NCBI GenBank assembly: GCA_903879915.1
Contig: CAIRNJ010000102.1
Span: 13,200-77,199 of the forward strand
DNA: 64,000 bases
Direction: 5' to 3'
Source of the DNA: an uncultured Elusimicrobia bacterium
GTDB lineage: Bacteria; Elusimicrobiota; Elusimicrobia; Elusimicrobiales; UBA9959
Shown: one piece after another, positions 24,092 to 32,162 of the stretch
Layout: every line of letters starts with the position of its first letter
Position numbering within the stretch: position 1 is the first letter of the stretch
Translations under genes and position numbers: made by a program
Notes under the pieces: generated by a model
The model's database searches: none
Told to the model about the DNA's origin: nothing
What the model saw: only the letters and a program-made list of their open reading frames with translations

Positions 24092-24200
24092 TGTATTCCC
24101 CAATTAGAAACGGTAGCCATTTCCCCATTACTTCATTATATATACTTTAACAAATAATGATGAAGAGCAAAAGTGGCATTAGGCCTATTCGGGTATAGGT

Positions 24201-25577
24201 CTATTGACCCAAACTAGTGCAAGGGTTAGGCTCCAGCCCTTCTATTATCCGCTCGAATTTCATTGAGCGGGAGGCTTTGATAAGGAAAGAGCCTTTCCCG
24301 GCCGAGATCAGTTCGCGCGCCTGCGGCAGCCAGGCGTCCGGGGTCTCGGCGTAGGCCAGGTTCTTCCCCCCCGCCCGCTGATAGGCGTCGGCCGCGGCCC
24401 GCATTTCCGGCCCGGCCAGGAAGATCTTCTTCGCGCCCATATGGGCCAGCGCGGCCCCGAGGTCGGTGTGGTAATGCTTAGAGTGCTGGCCCAATTCCTT
24501 CATGTCGCCGAGCATCAGGTAAAGCGGCTTCGGGCGGCCTGCCATCTCTTTGAGCGCGGCGGCCATGCTGGCCGGGTTGGCGTTGTAGGCGTCCAGCACT
24601 ACGGCGGAGCCGCCTATCTTTACCTCCTGCAGGCGCATCGGCGGCGGCGTGTATTTCTCCAGCCCGTTGCAGATCACGGCGCAGCAGTCCACGCCGGCCG
24701 CGATGGCCGCGCCTGCCGCGGCGGCCGCGTTGTAATAATTATGTTCCCCGGCGTGCGGCAGGTCCGCCTCCAGTATCCAGCCGTCGTACTCCAGCTTAAG
24801 GTGCTTCGCCTCCAGGATGCGCACGTCGGCTTCCGGGCTCCTGCCGAACGTTATTTTCTTGAACTGCCTGCCGTTGAGGCGCGAGAGGTAGGGGTCGTCG
24901 TAATTGTAGACCAGCACCCCGCCGGGCGCCAGGCAGTCCGCTATCTCCGTCTTGGTCTCGAACACCGTTTCCAGGTCGCCGAAATACTGCAGGTGCGACG
25001 GCCCGACGTTGGTTATGATGCCGCAGGTGGGGCGCGCCACTTCGGCTATCTCCTTTATGTCGCCGCGGCGCGAGGCGCCCAGCTCGAAAACGCCGAACTT
25101 GTGCTGCGGGCCCAGCTCCAGCAGGGACAGCGGCAGCCCGAACTGGTTGTTGAGGTTGCCGGCATTGGAGCAGGTCTCCCCGGCGGCGGAAAAAATGCTC
25201 TTGAGCATCTCCTTGGCGGTGCTTTTGCCGTTGGAGCCCGTTATGGCCGTGAGCGGGATATTGAAACGCTGCCTGTGCCAGGCGGCCAGGTCCTGCAGGG
25301 CCTTGAGCGTATCCTCCACCGCCACCGCTTCGGGCGGCAGGCAGTCCTGGCGCGCCAGCGCGTCCTGCCTGGCCAGACAGCCGCTGACGCAGGGCAGCGC
25401 GTCGGGCAGGAAATCGTGGGCGTCGTAAGATGCGCCCTTCAGCGCCCAGAAAAAATCCCCGGCTTTCAGCTTCCGGGTGTCCGTCACGAAAGTATTGAAA
25501 CGCGCTTCAGGCTTCCCCCTGAGTATTTTCCCCTTTACCGCTTCGGCCAGCTGCCCGAGATTGATCTGAAGGTTCAT
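24201..25577 (-). CDS. murF: UDP-N-acetylmuramoyl-tripeptide--D-alanyl-D-alanine ligase
   Basis: 458 aa. Mur ligase P-loop AITGSNGKSTAKEM and N-terminal FVTDTRKLKAGDFFWALKG. Overlaps the murE stop by 4 nt. Confidence 0.9.
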   Translation of the reverse strand: MNLQINLGQLAEAVKGKILRGKPEARFNTFVTDTRKLKAGDFFWALKGASYDAHDFLPDALPCVSGCLARQDALARQDCLPPEAVAVEDTLKALQDLAAWHRQRFNIPLTAITGSNGKSTAKEMLKSIFSAAGETCSNAGNLNNQFGLPLSLLELGPQHKFGVFELGASRRGDIKEIAEVARPTCGIITNVGPSHLQYFGDLETVFETKTEIADCLAPGGVLVYNYDDPYLSRLNGRQFKKITFGRSPEADVRILEAKHLKLEYDGWILEADLPHAGEHNYYNAAAAAGAAIAAGVDCCAVICNGLEKYTPPPMRLQEVKIGGSAVVLDAYNANPASMAAALKEMAGRPKPLYLMLGDMKELGQHSKHYHTDLGAALAHMGAKKIFLAGPEMRAAADAYQRAGGKNLAYAETPDAWLPQARELISAGKGSFLIKASRSMKFERIIEGLEPNPCTSLGQ

Positions 25578-27094
25578 GCCCCCGTCCTCCTGTCCCCTTT
25601 CCCCAGTTTTTCCTTAATGGCCTGCGCCGCGGCCTCCGTATCGCTGAAGTGTATGGTGCGGTCGCCAAGGATCTGATATGTTTCGTGGCCTTTGCCGGCG
25701 ATCAGTATGATATCGCCTTTGCCGGCCAGGGCCACGGCTTTCGCTATAGCGGCCCCGCGGTCCGGTATTACCTCGTAGTTCGTGAATTCGCCGGCTATGC
25801 CCTTTTCAATGTCGGCGAAGATCTGCGCCGGGGCCTCGCTGCGGGGGTTGTCGCTGGTGACTATGGCCAGCTCGCTGAGGCCGCAGGCGGCCTTTCCCAT
25901 CGGGGCGCGCTTGGTGCGGTCCCTGTCGCCGCCGCAGCCGAAAACGGTTATGATGCGCCTGTGCGGCAGCAGCCCGAGGTTGGACAGCACGTTCTCCAGC
26001 GCGGCGTCGGTGTGGGCGTAGTCGACGAAGACGGAGAACTCCTGCCCCAGGTCGACGCGCTCGAGGCGCCCCGGGACGTTGGCCAGCGCCTGCGCGCCGT
26101 CCACGGCCGCCCGCAGGCTTATCCCGCCCGCCACGGCCGCGGCTATGGCCGCCAGCGCGTTGTAGACGTTGTGGCGGCCCAGCAGGTTAAGTTTCACGGG
26201 CAGGGCTTTCTCTCCGGCTTTAAGCGTGAAGCGGGTGGCGGTCTCAAGTATCTCCAGGCCGTCGGCCCTGAAGTCAGCGGCGTTCTCTATGGCGAAGGTC
26301 AGGGTCTTTACCCTGCCTTTCAGGCGTTTTATCAGCCACTCCGCGCGCTCGTCGTCGGCGTTGATCACGGCGCATTTTTCGTTCTTGGGCGAGCGCTCCA
26401 GCAGGTCGAACAGCCGGGCTTTGGCCTGGAAGTAGGCTTCCCTGTCCTTGTGGAAATCCAGGTGGTCGCGCTGGAGGTTGGTGAACACCGCGCAGTCGAA
26501 GTCCACGTCGTCCGCGCGGCCGAGGGCCAGCGCGTGGGAGGAGACCTCCAGCACCGCGGCGAGGGCGTCGGCCGCCACCATTTTCGCCAGCAGCTCCTGC
26601 AGGGTATGGGCCAGCGGCGTGGTGTTGGCGGCCGGCGCCAGCACGCGGCCGTCCACGCGGTAATCTATGGTGCCTATCACGCCGGGCCTTGAGCCGGCCA
26701 GCCGCAGTATGTTCTCGAGCAGGTAGGCGGCGGTGGTCTTTCCCTTGGTGCCGGTTATGCCGAAAACTTTGAGCCGGGCGGAGGGATGGCCGTAAAAGTT
26801 GGCGGCCGCCCTGGAGAGCGTGTTGGGAAGATCGGCGGTCCTGATGAAAGCCGCGCCGGGGAAGGCGGCGCGCAGCTCCGGGGGAACTTCGGCGCCGGAG
26901 ACCACGGCGGCGGCTCCTTTTTCAAGGGCCTGGCGGATGAAGCGCGCGCCGTCGGTCCTGGCGCCGGGCAGCGCGAAGAAAAGCGCGCCGGGCCCGGCCA
27001 GCCTGGAATCGTTTATTACGGAGGCGATCTCGATCTCCCCCGCCCCTTCCGGCGCCGCGGCGCCGGCCCCCTCAAGCAAGATTTTCAGCCGCAT
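25574..27094 (-). CDS. murE: UDP-N-acetylmuramoyl-L-alanyl-D-glutamate--2,6-diaminopimelate ligase
   Basis: P-loop GITGTKGKTTAAYL plus the DNPR motif (TSDNPRSE). Start taken at ATG 27094 (MRLKILLEG...). Confidence 0.9.
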   Translation of the reverse strand: MRLKILLEGAGAAAPEGAGEIEIASVINDSRLAGPGALFFALPGARTDGARFIRQALEKGAAAVVSGAEVPPELRAAFPGAAFIRTADLPNTLSRAAANFYGHPSARLKVFGITGTKGKTTAAYLLENILRLAGSRPGVIGTIDYRVDGRVLAPAANTTPLAHTLQELLAKMVAADALAAVLEVSSHALALGRADDVDFDCAVFTNLQRDHLDFHKDREAYFQAKARLFDLLERSPKNEKCAVINADDERAEWLIKRLKGRVKTLTFAIENAADFRADGLEILETATRFTLKAGEKALPVKLNLLGRHNVYNALAAIAAAVAGGISLRAAVDGAQALANVPGRLERVDLGQEFSVFVDYAHTDAALENVLSNLGLLPHRRIITVFGCGGDRDRTKRAPMGKAACGLSELAIVTSDNPRSEAPAQIFADIEKGIAGEFTNYEVIPDRGAAIAKAVALAGKGDIILIAGKGHETYQILGDRTIHFSDTEAAAQAIKEKLGKGDRRTGA

Positions 27095-27158
27095 CGTGCA
27101 TATATAATAGAAAATTAAGGCCGGCAACTAAATACCGCCGCCCGGAAAACCGCGGGGC

Positions 27159-28853
27159 TCAGTCGGAAACGGGAACGATGGCCTGCGGGTTTTTCGGCTT
27201 TTCGGCAACGGGGGCGTCGGCCTTAAGGCCTTTGAGAGTGATTATCCTGGCGGCGATCTCGCGGAAAACTGGCGCGGCCGACTCGCCGCCGTAAGTCATT
27301 TTCCTGGGGTTGTCCATCACCACCAGGATGGTGTAGCGCGGCTCCTCGAAAGGAAAAAAACCGCAGAAGGAGGCGACGTTCCTGCCGGTCAGGTATTTGC
27401 CGGTCTTAGGGTCGATCTTCTTCGAAGTGCCGGTCTTGCCGGCTATGGTGTAGCCCGCTATGCCCGCGTTCTTGCCCGTCCCCTTTTCGACCACCGCGCG
27501 CAGGATATCCTTCACGCGCCGGGAGGTCTGGCGGGTGATCACCTGCCGCACCAGCGAGGGTTCGTTCCTGAAAACCTCGCTGCCGTCGAATTCCGCCACG
27601 CGGTCTACGAGGCGCGGCTCGTAGAGCGCCCCGCCGTTGGCGATGGCCGAATAGGCGGTTATCACCTGCACCGGCGTGGCGGCCATGCCGTGGCCGTAGG
27701 AGCCGACCGCCAGGTCGAGCTGCGTGTACCGCTCGAGCGGCCGCAGGATGCCGGCGGATTCGCCGTAAAAACCCAGCCCGGCCTTGGAGCCGAAACCGAA
27801 GGATTTGGCGTAGAGGTAAAAATCCTTTATGCCCAGCTTCAGCCCGATCTTCGCCGTGCCTATGTTGGAGGAGCGCTCTATCACGCCGGACAGCGACAGC
27901 GTCTGCTCCGGCTCGTGGTCGTGCAGCGTCACTTTATTGTTGAACTTCCACGCCCCGTTCTCGCAGAAAAAAGTGTCCTTTTCGCTCACGACGTTCTTTT
28001 CGAACGCCGCCGCGAGCGTCACGGCCTTGAAGGTGGACCCGGGCTCGTATACCCACTCAACTGGCTGTATCTTGCTCATGTCCTCGGGCCAGGTGGCCAG
28101 GGCCAGCAGGCGGCCGGTGGAAGGCTCCTGCACCAGCGCCATGCCCAGCTCCGCCCCGGCTTTCTCCACCATGTTCTTCACGGCTTCCTGGGCGAAGAAC
28201 TGCACGTCGCGGTCCAGCGTCAGGTAAAGGTCGCGCGGCCGCGCTTCTTTCTCGAACTTGTCCTGGAAAATGACGCGGCCGGAGGCGTCCCGGATTATTT
28301 CCCGGCGCGAGGTCTTGCCGCTGAGCACCTTGTCGTAAAGCAGCTCCGCGCCGGTAAGCCCCTTGTCGGAGCCCACGAGCCCGATCACGCTGCGGGCCAG
28401 GTCGCCCGACGGATAATAGCGGTTCTGCCGGGGCTCGAGCGTGAGGCCTTTGATCTTCAGGGCCGTGACCGCGTCGAACGCGGCGCGGTCCAGGTTCTTT
28501 TTGACGGGGACGAAATTCTTGGCCTTCCGGAATTTCGCTCTGAATTCCGGCGGCAGCTTGAGCGCGCGCATCAGCGCCGCGAGGTCCTGTTCGGGGTTCT
28601 CAAGGTCGCGCTTGAAGAGCTGGGCGTCCCAGGTAACAATGGATTCGGCGAGGAGGTCGCCGCCCAGGCTGAAGATACGCCCGCGCGGGCCTGTTTCCGA
28701 GACGGTACGGCTGAACGACTTCTCCGCCATGCCCGCCAGGTTCTCGTGGCGCACCGTCTGCAGCCAGAAAAGGCGGCCGGCTATGAAGACGGCGGGCAGG
28801 CCCGCTAAGAAAGCGCAGACCGTTATCCTTGATTTTAATGTCTTGGCTGTCAT
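27159..28853 (-). CDS. ftsI: Class B penicillin-binding protein (division transpeptidase, FtsI/PBP3-like)
   Basis: N-terminal TM anchor. SxxK (GSTFKAVT), SxN (RSSNIG) and KTG (GKTGTSKK) motifs. dcw position after ftsL. Confidence 0.9.
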   Translation of the reverse strand: MTAKTLKSRITVCAFLAGLPAVFIAGRLFWLQTVRHENLAGMAEKSFSRTVSETGPRGRIFSLGGDLLAESIVTWDAQLFKRDLENPEQDLAALMRALKLPPEFRAKFRKAKNFVPVKKNLDRAAFDAVTALKIKGLTLEPRQNRYYPSGDLARSVIGLVGSDKGLTGAELLYDKVLSGKTSRREIIRDASGRVIFQDKFEKEARPRDLYLTLDRDVQFFAQEAVKNMVEKAGAELGMALVQEPSTGRLLALATWPEDMSKIQPVEWVYEPGSTFKAVTLAAAFEKNVVSEKDTFFCENGAWKFNNKVTLHDHEPEQTLSLSGVIERSSNIGTAKIGLKLGIKDFYLYAKSFGFGSKAGLGFYGESAGILRPLERYTQLDLAVGSYGHGMAATPVQVITAYSAIANGGALYEPRLVDRVAEFDGSEVFRNEPSLVRQVITRQTSRRVKDILRAVVEKGTGKNAGIAGYTIAGKTGTSKKIDPKTGKYLTGRNVASFCGFFPFEEPRYTILVVMDNPRKMTYGGESAAPVFREIAARIITLKGLKADAPVAEKPKNPQAIVPVSD

Positions 28854-28889
28854 GGGGCCGGGGTGCCGGCTAGCCGGCCCGGTTGCTGG

Positions 28890-29210
28890 CTACCAGGTAA
28901 GCTTCGCCAGCCATTCTCTGGCGGGGTTCTTCTTGCCGGGCGCTCCGTCCAGCAGCACCACGGCGCCCGGTTCCGGGTAGACCATGCCGAGCTTTAAGGC
29001 TTCCACCTCCAGTTTTTCCGGCGAAAGGGCCGTCTGGATCTCCTTTTTCAGGTAGGTGTTGGAACTTTCCAGGTCCTTTATGTCGCGGCGTATCTTTTCA
29101 ATGGTGTAGCCGAGCTTCACCGCCTGCACGTTTTCCAGGGTGAACAGGAAAAATACCGCGCAGACGGCGCCCAGCGCCGCGAGATTCATGTTGCGTGTTT
29201 TTTTAAGCAT
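28890..29210 (-). CDS. ftsL: Cell division protein FtsL-like (small bitopic coiled-coil protein)
   Basis: 106 aa. One TM segment (LAALGAVCAVFFLFTL) followed by a coiled-coil-like segment (IRRDIKDLESSNTYLKKEIQ). Position between rsmH and ftsI. Confidence 0.7.
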   Translation of the reverse strand: MLKKTRNMNLAALGAVCAVFFLFTLENVQAVKLGYTIEKIRRDIKDLESSNTYLKKEIQTALSPEKLEVEALKLGMVYPEPGAVVLLDGAPGKKNPAREWLAKLTW

Positions 29211-29234
29211 AGCGGCGGCCTTTACTAAAGAAGT

Positions 29235-29405
29235 TTATTCCATGCAGAACATTTCAATGCGGCGTATCCCGTGCTTTTCCCACAGGTAGAAGATCTTGGT
29301 GGGAGACATCGCGTCTTTGAGCCCGTTCAGTTTCGTCCTGGCGGTGCGCCCTGAGATCATCTTGTTCAGTCTTACTCCGGCTTTAAGGATGTTTACGGGG
29401 TACAT
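29235..29405 (-). CDS. Unlisted 56-aa ORF between rsmH and ftsL (basic, no recognised family)
   Basis: Absent from the supplied track (presumably too short for it). The ATG at 29405 is preceded by AAGGAGG (gagcAAGGAGGcattATG). My translation is MYPVNILKAGVRLNKMISGRTARTKLNGLKDAMSPTKIFYLWEKHGIRRIEMFCME*. It fills most of the otherwise unexplained 214-nt gap inside the operon. Confidence 0.5.
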   Translation of the reverse strand: MYPVNILKAGVRLNKMISGRTARTKLNGLKDAMSPTKIFYLWEKHGIRRIEMFCME

Positions 29406-29424
29406 AATGCCTCCTTGCTCGCGT

Positions 29425-30309
29425 TTACAGTTTTTCTATCACGCGCAGTTTTGCGCTGCGGGCCCTTTTGTTCTCGATGATCTCCGCTTCTGCGGGCTTT
29501 ACGGGTTTTCGCGTCACCAGCTTCCATCCGCCCATGCTGGCCATCAGGCGGAAAGTCTCTTTCACTATGCGGTCCTCGAGGGAGTGGAAGGTTATTATCC
29601 CCATCCGCGCCCCGGGCTTGAGCAGCGGCATCATTTTCTGTATGCCGCGGGTCAGGTTGTCGAATTCGTAATTCACCGCCACCCTCAGCGCCAGGAACGT
29701 TTTTGTCGCCGGGTGGGTCTTCTCCCCCCGCGCCGGCGCCACGCGGGCTATCAGCGCGCCCAGCTCGGCGGTGGTCTCGAGCGCGTGCTCCCTGCGCGCG
29801 TCGAGTATCGCCCGGGTGATGCGCCGGGAATGCCGTTCGCCGCAGATGCGTATCAGGTGCTCGATCTGCTCGTAGGGCCACTGGTTGATTATCGTGTAGG
29901 CGGTCAGCGGGTTGTCCGGGTTGATGCGCATGTCCAGCGGGCCGTCGTTCATGATGCTGAAGCCGCGCGAAGCCTTGTCGAAATGCAGCGAGGAAATGCC
30001 CAGGTCGAACAGCGCGCCGGCCACCGAGCGGATGCCTTCCCGCGCCGTTATTTCGTCGATGTTGGCGAAATTCCCCTGCACTATCTTCACTCTGTCGCCG
30101 AAAGGAGCGAGAGCGCGGGCGGCCACCCCGGCCATTTCGGGGTCCCAGTCTATGCCCAGCACGCTGGCTTCCGCCGGCAGGGCGTTGAGCAGGCGCGTGG
30201 TGTGCCCGCCCATGCCCAGCGTGGCGTCCACGTAGGTCCCCCTTTTCGCGGTTATCAGCAGGCTGACGGTCTCTTCCGCCAGAACCGGGACATGAGTGTA
30301 TTCGCTCAT
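29425..30309 (-). CDS. rsmH: 16S rRNA (cytosine1402-N4)-methyltransferase
   Basis: Start taken at ATG 30309 (MSEYTHVPVLAEE...), overlapping the mraZ stop (ATGA). SAM-binding VDATLGMGGHT. Second gene of the dcw cluster. Confidence 0.9.
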   Translation of the reverse strand: MSEYTHVPVLAEETVSLLITAKRGTYVDATLGMGGHTTRLLNALPAEASVLGIDWDPEMAGVAARALAPFGDRVKIVQGNFANIDEITAREGIRSVAGALFDLGISSLHFDKASRGFSIMNDGPLDMRINPDNPLTAYTIINQWPYEQIEHLIRICGERHSRRITRAILDARREHALETTAELGALIARVAPARGEKTHPATKTFLALRVAVNYEFDNLTRGIQKMMPLLKPGARMGIITFHSLEDRIVKETFRLMASMGGWKLVTRKPVKPAEAEIIENKRARSAKLRVIEKL

Positions 30310-30755
30310 ATGTCGATTATCTTGCTGAACTTCGCGAACGAGGGTTCCATTACGTCTTTTTTGTATTTTGCCCAGAGCTGCGCATCCCATATCTCCGCCT
30401 TATTGCCGACGCCCCTTATCACGATATCTTTCTTAAGAGAGGCGTAAACCTTTTGATTTTGAGGTACCAGTATCCTGCCCTGCTTGTCCAGCTGGGCGTC
30501 CGCGGCGTTGCCGAAGAAAGCGCGCTTGAAAGCCCGCTCGTCTTCCTTGTTCTCCGATTTGAAGATCTCCATGTTGTTGGCGATCAGCTCCTCCCACTTG
30601 GACGGCAGGAAAATATAAAGACACTGGTCCAGCCCCGTGCTGAGCATCAGGTGGTCTTTTTTCTCCGCGGCGAGGGCCTCGCGAAAACGCGCAGGTATAA
30701 AAACCCGGCTCTTCGGGTCCATCACGCAGTTATATTCTCCGTAAAGTGAGCTCAT
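30306..30755 (-). CDS. mraZ: Transcriptional regulator MraZ
   Basis: 149 aa with two SpoVT/AbrB-like halves (DPKSRVFIPARFR and DKQGRILVPQNQK). First gene of the dcw cluster. Confidence 0.9.
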   Translation of the reverse strand: MSSLYGEYNCVMDPKSRVFIPARFREALAAEKKDHLMLSTGLDQCLYIFLPSKWEELIANNMEIFKSENKEDERAFKRAFFGNAADAQLDKQGRILVPQNQKVYASLKKDIVIRGVGNKAEIWDAQLWAKYKKDVMEPSFAKFSKIIDI

Positions 30756-30779
30756 GATCTTTTCAACATTTTAAAACAT

Positions 30780-30819
30780 TATTCGCCACTATCCAACACT
30801 GTCCACCACTTTGCACCAC
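30780..30819 (-). promoter_or_regulatory. Putative MraZ operator: four 10-bp-phased direct repeats
   Basis: The minus strand reads GTGGTGCAAA GTGGTGGACA GTGTTGGATA GTGGCGAATA. It lies 25-65 nt upstream of the mraZ ATG, directly downstream of the candidate promoter. Confidence 0.55.
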
Positions 30820-30828
30820 CGGTTAGTA

Positions 30829-30859
30829 AGTATACAGTATGGCTCCCCCCTTTTGTCAA
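30829..30859 (-). promoter_or_regulatory. Candidate sigma70 promoter of the mraZ (dcw) operon
   Basis: Perfect -35 TTGACA (30859-30854). The -10 is either TGTATA at 17-nt spacing or TATACT at 19 nt (30834-30829). Confidence 0.4.
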
Positions 30860-30917
30860 TACCATGACAAAAAAGTCTTTGTTTTATAGATATATTTTAT
30901 TGGAAACAGCGCGGCCG

Positions 30918-30952
30918 AAAAATAGCCGACTTGAGATTAGTCAAGGCGGCTA
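30918..30952 (-). terminator. Rho-independent terminator after the peptidase-MA-like gene
   Basis: On the minus strand: TAGCCGCCTTGA-CTAATC-TCAAGTCGGCTA (12-bp stem, one mismatch) followed by TTTTT. It separates that gene from the mraZ promoter. Confidence 0.6.
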
Positions 30953-31019
30953 TTATTAAGGAAAGGATATATATACGGCGGGTGAACGCGGAATATAGCG
31001 CGCGGCCGCGCGGCCGCGG

Positions 31020-32132
31020 TCAGCGGTTCACGTCGGAGATCTTGCCGGTTTTTAGGTCGTAGCGCCAGGCGTACTCCAGCGAGGACAGCTTGTTGTAGGG
31101 CATGCCGTAAGCGCGGTACAGCGCCTGGGCCGCGGGCGTTCCGTCCCGCATGCCTTTGCAGAAAATATAGAACGACTCGCCGGTCTTCATCGTCATCAGG
31201 AAGCGGGCCAGGCTGTAGGACTGCGCGTACCACAGGCGCACGTTGTCCTCGTCCGCGCCCTGCAGGTTCTCTATGCGCACCAGGTCGTCGAGCTTGAAGC
31301 CGCTGCCCGTCTCGAGCAGCTTGAGGTTCTGCTTCAGCCAGCTCGGGGCGGAGTTGCCGCGTTCGGCCTGCACGTAAGTGGCTATGCCTTCGCTGAGCCA
31401 CAAGGGGCTGGGGTTGGACGCCGGGAAGAAGCTGTCGAAATAGATGTGGGTGAGCTCGTGCGCGAGGATGCCGAAAGCTTCGTCGCTTTTATAAAGATAG
31501 ATCTTGCGCTCGCTCGACGAGGCCGCGCCCCCCGACCACTCCGGGCGGCCGGTCATGCGGCGGAAGGTCGCCTGGTTCTTCGTGAAGAAAATATAGACCT
31601 TCTTCTCGCGGCTCCACGGCGAGAAAGCTATCAGGTCCAGCATGATGTTCCCGTGCAGCGCCTCCACCGTGTCGACGAGCTCGTCGGAGACCTGCGGGGC
31701 CTCTTCGTAGACCACGAAATGCCTTGTCACCTTCGCGGCGAAGCCCTCCGGGGCCGCGGGGTAGGCTTCGTCGGCGCCGCCCGGAGCCCCGGCGCCGGCG
31801 GCTTTGTCCCCGCCGGAATGCTCCGGCATCCTCCCGGGGTAGGCGATGTCCTTTATCTCGGGGCCGGCTATGGGCTTTAGCATGGAGCCGCCGGGCTGGG
31901 GCGCGGCCGCCGTCTGCGGAGCCGGGCCGGGCGGAACGTAGGGCGTTTCCGGGAGATACGTTCTTTTCAGCTCCGCCGGCGGGCTGTCCGGCTTGCCGGT
32001 GAACGGGTTCTCCGCTACATGGAAGCGTTTAAGGCTGGACATGTCCGAATCGATGTACTGGTACATGAAGAGTCCCCATAACCCCAGTACCAGGCACCAG
32101 AAGACCACCCTTAATTTGGCTAATATGTCCAT
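31020..32132 (-). CDS. Membrane-anchored putative zinc metallopeptidase (peptidase MA / DUF1570-like)
   Basis: N-terminal TM segment, a Pro-rich linker, then an HExxH motif (ILAHELTHIYF) with a downstream Glu (LWLSEGIATY). Confidence 0.55.
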   Translation of the reverse strand: MDILAKLRVVFWCLVLGLWGLFMYQYIDSDMSSLKRFHVAENPFTGKPDSPPAELKRTYLPETPYVPPGPAPQTAAAPQPGGSMLKPIAGPEIKDIAYPGRMPEHSGGDKAAGAGAPGGADEAYPAAPEGFAAKVTRHFVVYEEAPQVSDELVDTVEALHGNIMLDLIAFSPWSREKKVYIFFTKNQATFRRMTGRPEWSGGAASSSERKIYLYKSDEAFGILAHELTHIYFDSFFPASNPSPLWLSEGIATYVQAERGNSAPSWLKQNLKLLETGSGFKLDDLVRIENLQGADEDNVRLWYAQSYSLARFLMTMKTGESFYIFCKGMRDGTPAAQALYRAYGMPYNKLSSLEYAWRYDLKTGKISDVNR

Positions 32133-32162
32133 GTAGAACGGGATCCCTTCCGCGCTCGACCT

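Noticed and set aside
24180-24205. Imperfect direct repeat TAGGcCTATT / TAGGtCTATT at the murF-proximal edge of the AT-rich sub-island, as a possible att/insertion scar
   Set aside because: I could find no matching copy at the other boundary (20782-20862). The second copy overlaps the murF stop codon. This is insufficient evidence for a mobile-element junction.
30780-30819. The 10-bp-phased repeats upstream of mraZ read as DnaA boxes (ctATCCAaCAc, tGTCCACCAc)
   Set aside because: Each has at least 2 mismatches to TTATCCACA. All lie in one orientation at an exact helical period, directly between a promoter and mraZ. This fits an MraZ operator much better than oriC.
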